Below are positions 11,300 through 25,425 of a stretch of 64,000 nucleotides of DNA, one piece after another (positions within the stretch are counted from its first letter, which is position 1; each line of letters opens with the position of its first letter). This DNA comes from Felis catus. Its lineage: Eukaryota. The DNA lies in assembly GCF_018350175.1 (NCBI RefSeq), contig NC_058368.1, positions 105,898,001-105,962,000 on the forward strand, read 5' to 3'. The notes below the pieces were generated by a model that had not been told where the DNA came from, ran no database searches, and saw only the letters and a list, made by a program, of their open reading frames with translations. The translations under genes and the position numbers were made by a program.

Positions 11300-13700
11300 T
11301 TCTTTATTTTGAAGTGTTTAAGAGAAATGTATTATTTTCCTGTGGCTAGATTTTTTTTCTATTTATGATTATTAATTTCTCATCCTATTGTCGTGTATTC
11401 ATGGATTATGGTCTGCTTGTGTATTTGTGTGTGTATTTAGAAATTATCTGTGTTCTTTATATGCCATTGGGTTGTGTAAATTTTCTAGGGGGCTTGGGAG
11501 GAAGGTATATACTCTCTCATGTTATAGAGTTTGAGGCATCTCTATTACCTGAAGTATAATTATGTCATTAAAATTCTCTATGCATTTTTGTGTGTAGTTA
11601 ATTTGTCTTAAGCCTACAAAGGCAAGTTAAAATCTGCTAATGATGTGTTTATCTCCATTTCTTCTTGTTTTCCTCTCATTAAAAATATATACATTTATGG
11701 CAGCTCTATCCCCATTATAAACTGTATACCACATACTTATAAAATGTACCTTTATCTTTTTAAGCATTTGCTTTGGACTTGGTCTTTGTCATATTGGTAT
11801 TTTGACTTCTGATTTCTTTTTGTTACTATTTGTCTATTATGTTTTGCTTTTTCATACAATCTGAGTGTGGGTGCTTCTTGTGCATTCAAAATATTGCTTT
11901 GTTTTACTTTGTTTTGTTTTTAGCAAAGCTGATAATGAATATCTGAACATATCCCATTTACAAAATGTCAAAAATATATTTGGTTTTAATTTTTAATCAA
12001 GATTTATGTTTTATTTTGGTTTTAAATATCTCCTTTGTTTATTGCTGTCTTGTACATAGATTTTCTTGCTGCTACTTTGGTTAAGTGTATGTAGTGTATG
12101 CTTACCTTCTTATGATTTGGAAGGCTTATATCCTCAATATAATATGTGTCGATTGTTATTGACACAATTTTAAGTTTATATGTTTTATCTAATCACTTAT
12201 TGATACACCAGCTTTAGACAGTATTTAGTGATGTCTGCTTTGAAAGATTAGCACACTACACTTTTTCCAACCTCTTTTCTCTTTCTCATTACAAAAAATT
12301 TTTTTAATGTTTATTTATTTTTGAGAGAGAGAAAGAGAGTGAGTGGAGGAGGGGCTGAGAGTGAAGGAGACAGAATCCAAAGCAGGCTCCAGGCTCTGAG
12401 CTGTCATCACAGAGCCTAACACAGGACTCAAATCCATGAACTGTGAGATCATGACCTGAGCTGAAATTGGACACTTAACCAACTGAGCCACCCAGGCGCC
12501 CCTCTTTTTCTCATTTTATGACTTGGTCATATGTCTTGTAGTGTTATTTTTAGCTCTGGTGATTCCCTTTATAACATATAAACAATATACTTAGACTACC
12601 ATTTGCTGATTTATTCACCTAGATATGATTAGTGATTTATCACTAAGAAAGGTAAGAAAAGGAATACATTAAGTTTCTTTCCCCAATTTTGGTTTGTTTT
12701 ATTTCTATTTTCACAACTTATAATTTGCCAAAATAACATTTCCCTTCCCTAATTGTGTATCCTGTAACAGTTCAGTCATTGTTATATATTTTGCTATGAT
12801 TTCTTATTCTTACTTGGGCAGAATATGTTGATGTCATTTATTTTTCAAGAAAGATGCATTATTGTGTATTTCATGATTTGTTTTTAAAACTGTCTGCCTA
12901 TTATTTGAGAATGTCTACCTCTTGACTTTATAGTTGGATAATTACACAACTCAGCAAAAGGCATGACCTTTTGGAGTCTCATAAGCCTTTTATTAGTTCT
13001 TTGTTGATTATTGCTACCTTTTCCAATGACAATGAATGTGTCTATTGATCAGTATTTGAGCAGCTTGATCTGCCCCTCAAACCTCACATTCAGCCTGATT
13101 TTTCTCCTTAGATAATACTTCCATTACTTTCCATTACTTTAAGAACTTACCTAAGATAAATTTCAGTGTAATATCATCATTTATGTCTTTTTCCTGGAAC
13201 ATGATATAATATATTTTTACAGCCTCAATTCTTACTATTTTCCAGAAATTTTTCTTTTGTTCTGTCTTTGTATATCTCTTCTATTCTGCATCTGGAGTTT
13301 CTTACTTCAATGACACAAATTATCTTCGCTTTGGTCTATTATATGATATCCACTTACTTTAATCTTCTTTTCCATTACATTCATCATAGTCACCTCAAAC
13401 CTTCTTTCTTTTTTAGTAATTTGGTTATTAGTCAATTCTGTAGTTGCTAAATTTAGTCATTGTTTCCTGTTTGTTTTCCTTCTCAATTTATTCTTTAGGT
13501 CTGCAATTTTTCTTTTCATTCATTTACCATCTCTTCTTTAAGGTTCTCTGCTTTTATTAGGTTCATGTTTTCATTATGTTCTTCCATACCACAAAACTTA
13601 CCTAGGGAGATTTCTTCTGTTTCTTCAATTTTGATTTCTTTTTCTAGATAAGATTTATCATTGGTGGCATATGTTACCATTACCCTACTCAATATCCATT
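11300..13700 (-). mobile_element. Highly decayed L1 fragments, with a Can-SINE at ~12298-12502 (-)
   Basis: T-rich strand bias and L1-antisense-like motifs; boundaries uncertain. Confidence 0.5.
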
Positions 13701-13967
13701 TTTCCATATTTTCTTATTTCTAGATCACCCATTTTATTCAGGGAAGTAATATACTCAGCTAAAAGACAATGTTTCCAAGACTCATACCTATTGGTGGCTG
13801 ATGATTTTCTTAGTTTCCTACCCACACAGGAACATTTACATTAAATCTTATAATATTTTCCTTGTGCAAATGCAATTTTTGTGTGTTGTTTCACATTTCT
13901 TTATGTTTGAGAGTCTTAGTACAATTTTCAAAAAATTTATTATTCACATTTCTTGTATATTCTACAA

Positions 13968-13971
<4 letters not shown>

Positions 13972-14017
<46 letters not shown>
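13972..14017. repeat. (TG)n microsatellite
   Basis: Direct inspection. Confidence 0.95.
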
Positions 14018-14018
<1 letters not shown>

Positions 14019-14085
14019 GGAGGGTTTGGGCTAGGAATTTTGTTTTACTGCAAGAAGCCAATTAGATTCAAGAAAACCTCTTTCT

Positions 14086-14119
<34 letters not shown>

Positions 14120-14469
14120 ATTCCCTCTTTGCCTCCTTCCCTCTTTCCCTCTTTCTCTCTCAGTTTGGGTTGCACATTTTGAATTGTGTGGCATGAAGCT
14201 CTGCCCTTTCCTTTGATTGATTCTGAGGTATTTTCACTGTTTTGGTCTTATTTGTTATTCTATCATTAGGGGTGGGGAAAGAGAGTTTCAGATGTTTTTA
14301 TTCTACCATCTTAACTTGGAAGTCTGTACAAGTACTTTAAATAAATTTTAATCAAAGTAATACAAACAAATGGTCACAAATCAAATCATGCAAAAATATT
14401 GTGATAAGAAACAACTGAGCTCAGCTACACTGTGGTTTAATCCAAACCTTACTCCCCAGAGGCATTTTT

Positions 14470-16345
14470 TTCTTTTTCTTTGTAAATGGAGGAAACATTT
14501 ACATACTGTGAAATGCACACATCTTCAGTGTAAAATTTGATGAGTTTTGACAACTTCACATTCCCCTGTAAGCCGCCCCCCCATTAAAATATAGAACACT
14601 TCCTATCCTAGCAAGAACCCCCTTAATCAACTTCCCGCTTAATGCCACACTATTCCCCCATACCAAATGCAATCACTGTGTGGTTTTCTTTCATTACAGA
14701 TTAGTTTACCTTTTGCAGACCGTCACATAAATTGAATCATACAGTAGCTACTCTTTTATATCTGGCTTCTTTCATTCAGCATAAAGTGTTTGAAGTATTT
14801 TCATGTTGTAGCACGTTTCAATGCTTTGTTCCTTTTTATTACTGAAAAATACCCCCATTGTCTGTTTATATTACAATTCATTTATCCATTTTGGGGACAA
14901 TGGACATTTAAGTTGTTTCCAGTTTGGAGCTATTATGAAGAAAACTACTATGGACATTATTGTCCACATCTTTTTTTTTTTTTAATGTTTCTTCATTCTT
15001 GAGAGACACAGAGAGACAGAGTGTGAATGGGAGAAGGGCAGAGAGAGAGGGAGACACAGAATCCAAAGCAGGATCCAGGCTCCGACCTGTCAGCACAGAC
15101 CCTGATGTGGGGCTCGAACTCACGAACCACAAGATCATGACCTGAGCCGAAGTTGGACGTTCAACTGACTGAGCCACCCAGGCGCCCCTGTACACACCTT
15201 TTTTTATGTACATGTTTTCATTTCTCTTGAGTAAAGAAATAAAAGGGGAATTTCTGGGTCTTAGAGTAGGTATACTTATAACTTTACTAGAAACTGTTAG
15301 AACGATTTCCAAGCTGGTTACCCCATTTTACACTAGCTCCAGCAAAATATGAAAGTTTCCATTGCTCCACACCCTCAACAACATTTGGTGTTGTCTGTAT
15401 TCATCTTTGCCATTTTAGTGATTTGTGATACATACAATTGTGATTTTAATTTGCGTTTTCCAGATGACTAATCATTGATGTTAAGCCTTTTTAATGTGCT
15501 TATTGGCCATTTTTATATCTTCCTTCATGAAATGCTTGTTCAAGTGTTTTACTGATTTTTATTGGGCTATTTTTCTTTTTATCACTGGGTTGTAGGAATT
15601 GTTTCTATATTCTGAAAAGAAGTGCTTTATCAGATAAAGATATTGCAAATATTTTCTCCCAGCCTGAGGTGAGCCTATGTTCTCTTTTGATGAAGTATAA
15701 GCTTGTCTTTTCTTTTTTATTTTATGAAGAATGATTACTAGCTAATAAATCATTACCTAATCCAAGCTAATGAAGGTATTTTCATATGCTTTCTTTGTCA
15801 GTTTTGTGCAAAATGTAAGGAATGAGTCTAGGTTACTTTTTCTTTTCATATAGTCAGTTCTAGCACTGTTTATTGAAAACATTTCCCTTTTCTCACTGAA
15901 TGGTTTTGACACCTTTGTCAAAAATCACTACCACACTGTCTTGATTACTGTGGCTTCACAATAAGTCCTGAAAACAATTAGAGTTCTGTAATTTCGCCCA
16001 CTTTCAAAATTGTTTTGACTACTCTAGATCTATTGCATTTCATTTAAATTTTAAAATCAGTTGGTCAAATTCTACATGAAAGTCTGCTTGGATTTTTATT
16101 GGAATTGCATTGAATTTGAATTTGTTTAAGAGAAAGGAATCTCATCAATGTTGAGTCTTTGTTGAGTCTAACAATTCATGGACATGTAATATCTATTTAT
16201 TTAGGTCTCCATTAATTTCTCTTAGTGATAATTTTCCATGTAGAGGTCTTGAACATATTTTGTTAAATTTACCCTATGTATTTAATGATTTTGGTATTAC
16301 TGAAAATAGTATTGTTAATTTTGTTTTCCAATTATTTGTTGCTTA
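14470..16345 (-). mobile_element. Old L1 (L1M) ORF2 3' end/3' UTR, with a Can-SINE at ~14970-15188 (-)
   Basis: 'tctggcttctttcattcagcata', 'ggacatttaagttgtttccagtttgg', 'ccacactgtcttgattactgtggcttc'. Confidence 0.85.
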
Positions 16346-16346
16346 A

Positions 16347-16782
16347 TGTGATGTTCAGTTTTATGTGTCAATTTGGCTAGGCTATAGTACCCACTTATTC
16401 AATAAACACTAATCCAGGTGTTGCTGTGAACATATTTTGTATACTTTATCAACATCTATAATCAATTTCCTTTAAGTAAAGATTATAATAATCTTGACAA
16501 TCAGTGTGGCCTGATATAATTAATAAAATAAAGAACAATTTTATTGTTCATTTGAAAGGCCTGAAGTGGAGAAGTGAGGTTTCCCTGAGGAAGAAGAAAT
16601 TCCAGCTGCTGAATGCCTTTTAATCTTCTGTTTGAGTTTCCAACCTACCCTTTTTGAGAGCTTGTCCTTATGGGTTTTGGATTTAACTAACCAGCCCCTA
16701 CAACTGCATAAGCCAATTCCTTGTAGTAAGTCTCATATATATCCTACTGGTTCTTTTTCTCTGGTGGAACCTTGACTCTGAC
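16347..16782 (+). mobile_element. MLT2-type (ERVL) solo LTR
   Basis: Starts TGTGATGTTCAGTTTTATGTGTCAATTTGGCTAGGC, ends '..cctactggttctttttctctggtggaaccttgact', as in MLT2. Confidence 0.8.
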
Positions 16783-16819
16783 TTCGTATATAGCAAGAGA
16801 GATGATTTTTAAATATTGA

Positions 16820-17460
16820 CTCACATATTTACCATTTCTTCATTCCTTAAGTGGTAGTGGTCTCGCCCTAATAGGACACAAGCCTTTGGTAAAGGAATTG
16901 CTTTCTGGGATTTGTCAGGGGACATAGTTGGGGGGGGGGGGGTAGGACACACTTAAATACATTTTAGCATGCCTACATCTTGAAGTCTGAATTCTTTCCT
17001 CTACACTATACCAAGGAATTTCTGGCATCTCAACTTTGTTTAGTGAGGACCACGTTGGGAGTCTATAGCTTTGTTTATAAGCACAGCAAGCAATTAGAAC
17101 CATATTCATCTTCTCAAAGACTGAATTCAATTTCTGTGGAACACATATCCTTATCAAGACATGACTAGGTAGTAAATTTAATTGACATTGTATATCAGCA
17201 ATCTTCATGGTCAGATTAGAAGTTTGGTCCTTGACTTTGATAAGTCTTTGGCTCTGAGAGATAAGAGGTTATTTTAGCAAAATTATACAAATTTCTCGGG
17301 TTTCACTTCTACTTTTGACTGAAACTTAGAGATTTGATCTAGGTATTCTCTCCTTTAATACATCTGAGGCCTTTAGAAGTAGCCACACCATTTAGTAATC
17401 TTTGAATTCCTCATGCCTTTCATACTATTACTTTGCAGTGGCAATGAATGTCACCAAAGG
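16820..17460 (-). mobile_element. ERVL internal gag remnant
   Basis: ORF 16915-17208 contains 'PTWSSLNKVEMPEIPWYSVEERIQ', resembling the HERV-L gag motif WPTLNEVEMPELPWYTVEEGIQ. Confidence 0.75.
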
Positions 17461-18992
17461 CTTGCGCTCAAATATTGTCAATAACAAATAAACAGTATGA
17501 TGATTAGCTATTTGTCTTCAGCTCCAGCTGGGCCAAACTTCCCTACAAATTCTAGAAACCTGATGTAATTATAGAATAAGCTAGGATTTTTAACTGCAAG
17601 TTGAAGAAACTGTCTTAAGCCGGAAGTTAATCTATTATAAGGAATTTGAATAGCTCACAAATGTGATAATAATTATAGAATGAGGCTCAAGATACATGCA
17701 ACTCAAGGAGGAAGTATAACTACTGTATTTTAGCAGGAATAGGCCTTCTGTCACTACTAGATATTATTTCAGCTATCCTTAATAATTTATCTCTGCCCCT
17801 TCATCTTTACTTCGTTCACTTCTGATTCAGAGTCCTGGATGTGAGTGTCCAGTGGCTTAGTTTAAGCACCAGCCTGCATAGCCTCTATGGGAGGACTCAC
17901 CCATCTGTCTTCCATAGTTGAAGGCAGAGAACTGTATCCCAGAAATACTGTGCACAAAAGGAAATACTCTCTAAAAAAGAAACATGTTGGATAATATACA
18001 GCCAGAGGAAAACAATCACACACATATTTAAATAACAACTTTTTTTACAATATCCTGATATTCCAAATATGTATTTAATCCTGACCTGTAATTTGTGGGG
18101 GGTTTTTTGCCCCACATCTACTTTATTTGTTGTCTTATCCCATTTGATTTTTTTATTACCCCGTTTTCTATCAGTATGATGATGAGAATTAATGCCAGTC
18201 TGATGCTCATGCCTTTGCAAATGAATTAGATTTCTGTTTTCCTCTCTTTCTATAAAATGTGATAATTTTTATTCTTCCTTAAGGTTCATAAATGCCAGAA
18301 GAGGGGTCTTTTTTCATTCAAAATGCTGAGTATTTCGGGGAATTTTTTATCTCAGAAATAATGGCTTTGTTTAGTTCTTTGGTTATTTACTTACCTCCAT
18401 CTTTTCCATTCTCCTTTTTTGAAACACCGAGTAGTCAAATAGCTTACCTTTTAGATCTTCTTTACCTAAATTTATTGAAACCTTTCCTCCATGGATAAGC
18501 CTCTCTTCCTGTTCTTTTCACTGTCGTGAGTTTATTCCTTTTTTGTTGTTGTTGTTGTTGCTGTTTTGTTTTGTTTTTAGGTCAAGTCAAGGGAGAGATG
18601 AGAGCAAATTCTTATTCTTGGTCTTCCTGCAAATAAGTTGTATCTGCATTAATAATAATTAATCTCTTTACTTGTTCAGCATTTGTTGGAAACATTTTAC
18701 CTGCTTGACTAGTATCTTTTATTTTTGTAATTATGTTTTCTTTTTTATTTACAAAAGTTTTTAAATCTATCAATGTAAAATTTTTTTCTACCATACCATT
18801 TATTCAAAACTTAGAAACCACTTCTTTAAAAAGAAATTAGATATTTGTTTGACTTTTTTTTTGTATTTCCTGATACTTGGTGAGCAAAGTGCCCAGCACT
18901 TATCCCCTTTTTACTGATGTGTGGTATTTTATAATATATTCTTCTATGTATTAGAGTCTAATTCCTTTCTATGTATCCTAGTCCATTACTCT

Positions 18993-19195
18993 ATTTTTTT
19001 TTAATGTTTTATTTATTTTTGAGAGAGAGAAAGAACATGAGCAGGGGAGGGGCAGAGAGAGAGAGGGGGACAGAAGATCTGAAACAGGCTCTGCATGACA
19101 GCAGAGTCCAATTCGGGACTCAAAGTCATGAACCATGAGATCATGACCTGAGCTGAAGTCAGACACTTAAATGACTGAGCCACCCAGGTGTCCCC
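18993..19195 (-). mobile_element. Can-SINE
   Basis: Antisense head 'gactgagccacccaggtgtcccc'. Confidence 0.9.
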
Positions 19196-20694
19196 TCTGT
19201 CTACTTCCATAACAATATTACAGTGTTTTAACCCTTTTAGCTTTCTCAGAAACCTGAGGGAGCGCTCATTGATACCACTGCCTTTGCAAACCTCATTAGT
19301 AGAAGTCTCCCCCCCCCGCCCCCGACACACACACCTCACGAACCTTAGGGGCAGAATGTAAGTAAATGTCCTCCTTGCTCCTCATTGCTGCTACCAAATC
19401 ATTTCTCCTTCAGTCTGCAATTCCTCATCATTCCCTGTCATTTATTCAAGTCTTAAACTCCCAGATCTACCCCTTCCTCTCCTGTTCCACAGTCAAAATT
19501 CTCATAGAACAACATCCATGTCAATAACATGTTCAACACTCTGGCCTCCCAGGTTCTGAACTTCCTTATTTCCAATCATCATTCCATCCTACCTCAGCTA
19601 CTTACTTGCAGGGTCACACAGTAAACCTTACGAACAGTAACTACATCATCCTTAAAATAATTCATTCTTCCTAAGTACCCTCTGATCATCACTTGCTAGC
19701 CCAGGCCACTTACTACAATACACCACTGCAAACATGTTTGCAACATCACTTGAAATTACCACTAGCCACCCTTTATACTTTTCTCTATCATGCTCTCCTG
19801 GTTCACTTCTTTCCCCAGCCAACTTACATTGCATGGAACTCCCATGAAAATACTCCTTTGTTTATCCCACTCACCTAGCAAACAATTAATCGCAATTAAA
19901 CCCTGCATCTTGCATCTGCTTCCAAAGAATGGAACATTGCTTTGAAATAATGCAGTCCAGCAGAACTATCTGCAATGATAAATATGTTCTGTATCTGGGT
20001 AAATTCATGTCCCTGCTTTCAACACAAATATTTAACACCTTCTCCATTCTTTTAAACCTTCTGCACCTCATCACATTTCTCCTTGTATTATAGGATAATA
20101 TCTCTTATGCTTCATTGAGATGATAAAAGAAATAAGACAGGAACCCCTTCATTTTTACTACCAAATCTACTCACCTGACTGCATCTGAACTTCTCTGCCT
20201 CACTTCCTGCTATATTGGAAGAAGTGTCCATTTTATTTTTTTATTTTTTTTTAACGTTTATTTATTTTTGAGAGAGGGAAAGAGAGTAGCGGGGGAGGGG
20301 CAGGGGGCAGAGAGAGAGGGAGACACAGACTCCAAAGCAGGCTCCAGGCTCTGAGCTGTCAGCACAGAGCCCAACATAGAGCTTAAACCCATGAACCGTG
20401 AGATCATGACCTGAGCCGAAGCTGGGTGCTTAGCCCACTGAGCCACCCAGGTGCCCCAAGAAGTGTCCATTTCTAACCAGAGGCCAACTCCCCCACTTAA
20501 TGGTCTGGAACTTGTCTCTTCCAGTCTTATGAAAAATTACATTCTTCTGGCTCTACCTTCTGTTCAGCCTCAGTACACCAGCATTAGCTATCCTTCATCT
20601 TAAAAAGAAAAAAATTCTCCTTTGTCTCTTGTCTCATTCCAAATACTGTGATAGTCCTTTTGCATTCCTCACTGCTGTCCTTACTTCCTCATCC

Positions 20695-22262
20695 TTATTT
20701 ATTTATTTATTTACTTGCTTATTTATGTAGCACCTGATAGCCAATTCATTAACATACAGTAAAACCTTGGTTTGCAAGCATAATTGTTCCCAAAATATGT
20801 TTGCAATCCAAAGCACTTGAATATCAAAGCAAATCTCCCCATAACAAATAATGGAAACTCAGATGATTCATTCTACAACCCAAAAATATTCATATAAAAT
20901 TGATTACAATTCAATATACAATTATACGGTTGTATATTGTATATAAATATACAATTAATATGATATAAAATAATAAAGAGAATACAAAATGTAGAGAAAA
21001 ATGACTTAACCTGAACTTACCTTTGAAACCCTTTGTGGCTGGTATGAGGGAGACAGGAGAGAGGAGGGTTATTGTGTAGGATGACTTATACTATCACTAA
21101 CAGAATCACTGCTATCTGTTGGCCCAATGAAATCTTTTTCTTCTCATACAACTATAACAAGGAACCTATCCTGTGATGTGGAATGAAGCAAAGCATTTCT
21201 AAGCTTACTTTTGTATGGTGTTTGGTCCATAGGTGCTTTGAAGAGACAAAAAATACACTACTGCCGGTTGTGGGCACCTTCTAACATTCTGAAAAATCAC
21301 TGATTTCTGCCAAACACTGTGGCCTGAGACCAAGAATCTGAGCATGGGAGATGATCACCCGCAATTCCACAGGGAGAAAGAGAAAGAGAGAAAGAGAGAG
21401 AGAGAACCATTGGCTCTGTTGTATTCATGTGATATCCAGCATTGGGTACTACTTTTATTGTAAGACATGGCTCGTTTATCAAGTTAAAATTTATTAGAAA
21501 TATTTGCTCATCTTGCAGAACACACATAGAACAAGTTACTTTCCTTGCAATTCTGGGGCGCCTGGGTGGTTTAGTCGGTTAAGCATCTGACTTTGGCTCA
21601 GGTCATGATCTTGCAGTTCCTGAATTTGAGCCCAGCATGGGGCTCTGTGCTGAGAGCTCAGAGCCTGGAGCCTGCTTCGGAGTCTGTGTCTCCCTCTCTA
21701 TCTGCCCCCTGAACCCCCCCCCCCCCACTCTCTGTCTCTCTCTCTCAAAAATAAATAAACATTAAAAACAGTTTTTTTTTAAGTTACTTACAGTCCAAGG
21801 TTTTACTTCAGTTGATTAAACCATTTGCAATTATGACCTCAACCTCTATTCCTGACTTGATATTGGTGGAGGTAATCTGCTTCCTCTCTGAAGGACTGTT
21901 AAAGTCAGTGAGTCATGAGCATTCTGATCTGGTAAAGAATTTCAACTCTTCGAAACTTCATCACAAAGAATGTTTCTCATACGGATTCTCAGTCTTGGTA
22001 GGTGTCCCAACCGGTCTTTTAACTTTGAGGTTCTTTTACTTTGTGCCTCTAAACATGTCCAGCACACTCCCTCTCTGGAGATTTCACATGGCCGCTGACT
22101 AGGGCAATTTTAATTTGGTTCCATGCATGTCTTTCCAGTGTCCTTTGAAGTCACAGCTACAGTATTGTTTCGTGACCCCCTTATGTCTCAGTGAGAGGGA
22201 ACGCTGGGGAGTCAGAAGGAGCAAGTGGGTCTGGAGCTCTACTGAAGCTGCAACCACATTGG
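20695..22262 (-). pseudogene. RPS20: RPS20 processed pseudogene (CDS remnant ~21815-22154; 3' UTR/poly-A piece 20695-20756 separated by a DNA transposon)
   Basis: Minus-strand translation [74 protein letters not shown] matches RPS20 ([75 protein letters not shown]); intronless, with stops and frameshifts, 5' UTR similarity and a decayed poly-A. Confidence 0.9.
20757..21808. mobile_element. Tc1/mariner (Tigger-like) non-autonomous DNA transposon, with a Can-SINE inside (~21556-21780, +)
   Basis: TA|CAGTAAAACCTTGG at the left end and CCAAGGTTTTACT(T) at the right end form terminal inverted repeats. Confidence 0.85.
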
Positions 22263-22924
22263 TGGCACCCTATTTATTCTTAAACCCAGGCCAACTAAAG
22301 TTTCTTCGACTACCATGCAGAAGCTAGTCATTTTCAGGGCTGCCAAATGAATGCTAAATTGCCAAATCCAGTAGATGTGATTCTGTGTTCATTGACTCAT
22401 ACTCCTTTAATCATTTCATTTTACTAACCCCTATCTGTAAGAATAATTGATATGGGGCACCTGGGTGGCTCAGTGGGTTAAGCGTCTGTTGATTTCAGCT
22501 CAGGTCATGATCTCACGATTTATGAGCCCAAGCCCCATGTCAGGTTCTGTGCTGTGGAGCCTGCTTGCGATTCTCTGTCTCCCTCTCTCTCTGCCCCTCT
22601 CCTGCCCTCTCTCTTTCAAAAATAAATAAATAAAAATTTAAAAAATAAATTAAAAAAATGTTCATCCCCTCTTTTTGGAAAAATGTTCCTTACTTTGCTC
22701 CTATAACACTGCCTTTCCCTTTCTTCCCACCTCACCAGTTACTAATTTCAGTCTCTTGCTGGCTATTCCTCTCATGCAAAGTCTCAGCAGACCTGGCAGT
22801 TGAGGTTCTCTGACTACATTCCCTCCCTAGGTGATATTTTCATATACTAAGGATATGTTTAATCTCCCAACATTAATTCTAGTTTTCCTTAATCTTCTTT
22901 TTTTTCCCCAAGTGTTTTTGCTAC

Positions 22925-23540
22925 CTTATAATGAATTAGGTTGTGACTGACAAAAATTCCAACCCAAAAGCGCCTTACAAAATAAGAGAACATAGAAGTA
23001 GGGCTGTGTGCTGGTCATAGTTCTTAACTGTAGACAAGAATTCACTGTGCCTGTTTTATCAATAAGATGTTTATTAAAGGATGTGAGAAACCATACACAA
23101 TCATTGGAAGCTCTGGAGGGATAGAGAGGCTGACCTTCCTGAAAAAACTCCCAGAATCATTCTCCAGAGTTTGTTTGTTTGTTTGTTTGTTTGTTTGTTT
23201 TTCTGCTGTTACCATCACCACCAGAACCATGCTTCCTCTGCCATGTTCTGCTGTCCTGACTACCTTAGGCCCAGACCACACTGCGTCTGTGGCCACCCAC
23301 TGAAGAGGCCTCCACTCCGTGCATTTCCTCCTGCAGTTCTATTGCAATCGAGTCCTGCTTTGGGTAAGCTTGGTTGCTAAAGTGAAGTCATGTTTCTTGA
23401 CCCTGAGGCAAAGGGAACTGAGAAAGGTGGTTTGTTGTTGTATTGGCAAGACAAGATTCACAATGTAGGAAACAATTGAAATCTAGAGGAATTCAGAATA
23501 TACTGGGCACTCACACATGACAAATGCCCATTATAGAGGG
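22925..23540. mobile_element. MLT1-type MaLR LTR (decayed)
   Basis: 'ggttgtgactgacaaaaattccaacccaaaag..', 'ctaaagtgaagtcatgtttcttgaccct..caaagggaactgagaaag'. Confidence 0.55.
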
Positions 23541-24847
23541 GCTTAATGTCATTGTCCACAAAGCGTTTTCATTTCTCTACTCTTCCTAGTTTTGGTCACT
23601 TTTTTCCCCCTCCTATATGGCTTCACTGGAAGGATTGTGATGTTCTAATTAGTGAGTCAACAACTTTTTGAAAGTCAACTTGGTGTCATGCACTATTCTA
23701 AAGGATGGACTCTGCCCAACAGGGAGTTAAGAAAGAGTATCTCAAGTAACTTCCAAGCAAGAGCAAGGACTGTTTTCCTAGGAAGCTTCTAGTAAAATAT
23801 GTGTCCTTCTGAACTCCATACAGGACCTTTCCTGAAACAATCTCTCTAGCAAGCAAGTGGGAGTAGCTGATTGCTCTGAGCCAGTCATGGGCCTCTGCTG
23901 ACCTGGATGAGGTGACTTCTCTGGTAGCATATAGGCCATCTGTGGAAGGAGTAAAATCAAGAAAACAATAAGGAGGAAAGGAATGCTGGGTGATGTCAAA
24001 GAGTAAATATCCACAGCACTCACTCCATCTACTGTTCATTCTAGATTAACTGGAGAACTGCATTGACTTCTACAAAAATTGCTTTAATCCAGTAAATTAT
24101 TTTGGAACAGGTAGCATCATTATAAAATTTATTCTTCCCATGTAGAAATGAGGGCTATGTTTCCACTTAAGATGTTATTCTTTATTGCTTGTACAAGATT
24201 TATAGTATCTTTCATGTATATTTCCTAGCAAGATTTTGCCAGGTAGTTTTGATTTTGTTATTTTGAAAACAATTATAAAATATTTTCTTTTTGGTGTGTA
24301 TGAATATTATCAATTTGTGGTCATTAAATTAAGTGATTCTTAATTATTTATAAATAATTTTATATACTATTTATGTATTAAAAAATACTGACGTTGTGGA
24401 ACAAATTTTACTTTTAGTTTTAGTTGATATTGCTAAAAAACTTACTCTGTGGTTTCATTTCTAAAAATAAGCTTAAATTTTTCTTTCATGTATTATTAAG
24501 ATGGTACTAATTGCTTGAACAATATATAGCAGGTACCAGAGTTTTGCTATTTATTTAATTATGCTGATGCACAATTAACAGTTTAATAAGGTACTTCTAT
24601 TATTTCATCATTAAATAAAATTATTTAATTATCTGATACTCTTTGTTATGTTAAAATTGTATTTCTATTTTTAAGAAGTATTTAAAAAATAAACTGTGAT
24701 TGTTGAACTAAAAGACATATCTATTTGATAAATATTATATGAAGAGACTTCCTTAAGTAATAGAACAATCCTTCCAACCAGAATTTAAATCATTGCATTC
24801 AATGTAAATAATCTCATTGTTATTACTCTCTACATAGCTACCTGTTG

Positions 24848-25425
24848 GTAGCACGTGGGTGGCTCAGTTGGTTATCAGGTCATGATCTCATGGTTCATGA
24901 GTTCGAGCCCCACGTTGGGCTCCACACTGTCATAGTGGGATTCTCTCTCTCACTCACTCTCTCTCTTCCTCTCTCTCTCCCCCTCCTGTGTGCTCTCTTT
25001 CAAAATAAATAAACTTTAAAAAATTAATAAATACCTATTGGATGTTTATTTTTAAAACTTTTAAACGGAACTCATGAAACCTCTATTTGGGACTCTTCCT
25101 ATATCTGTTATAAACAAGGGTAAGATTTTTAGGAATCCATTTAATCTTCTAAACTATTGGCATATTTTACAGATTTAACCTTTGTATTACCAAAATAGTC
25201 ATCATGAAAATGCATATTTTCGGGGTGCCTGGATGGCTCTGTCAGTTGAGCATCTGATTCTTGACTTCAGCTCAGGTCATGATCTTGTGGTTGGTGAGCT
25301 CAAGCCCCACGTTAGCCTCTGACCTGACAGCACGGGGCCTGCTTGGGCTTCTCTGTCTCCCCCTCTCTCTGCTCCTCCCCCATGCATGCTCTCTCTCAAA
25401 ATAAATAAATAAACTTAAAAAAAGA
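24848..25425 (+). mobile_element. Two Can-SINEs (~24848-25030 and ~25222-25425)
   Basis: SINE heads, CT tracts, A tails. Confidence 0.9.

Larger units (their letters stand above)
19400..22900 (+). mobile_element. L2 remnants split by later insertions (SINE 20230-20458, RPS20 retrocopy, Tigger-like element, SINE 22454-22660)
   Basis: L2-like 'ttcattgagatgataaaagaaataagacaggaac', 'ctaaattgccaaatccagt', 'ctacattccctccctaggtgat'. Confidence 0.65.

Noticed and set aside
16347..17460. MLT2 LTR plus adjacent gag as one ERVL provirus
   Set aside because: Opposite orientations, with L1-like sequence resuming between them; probably independent fragments.
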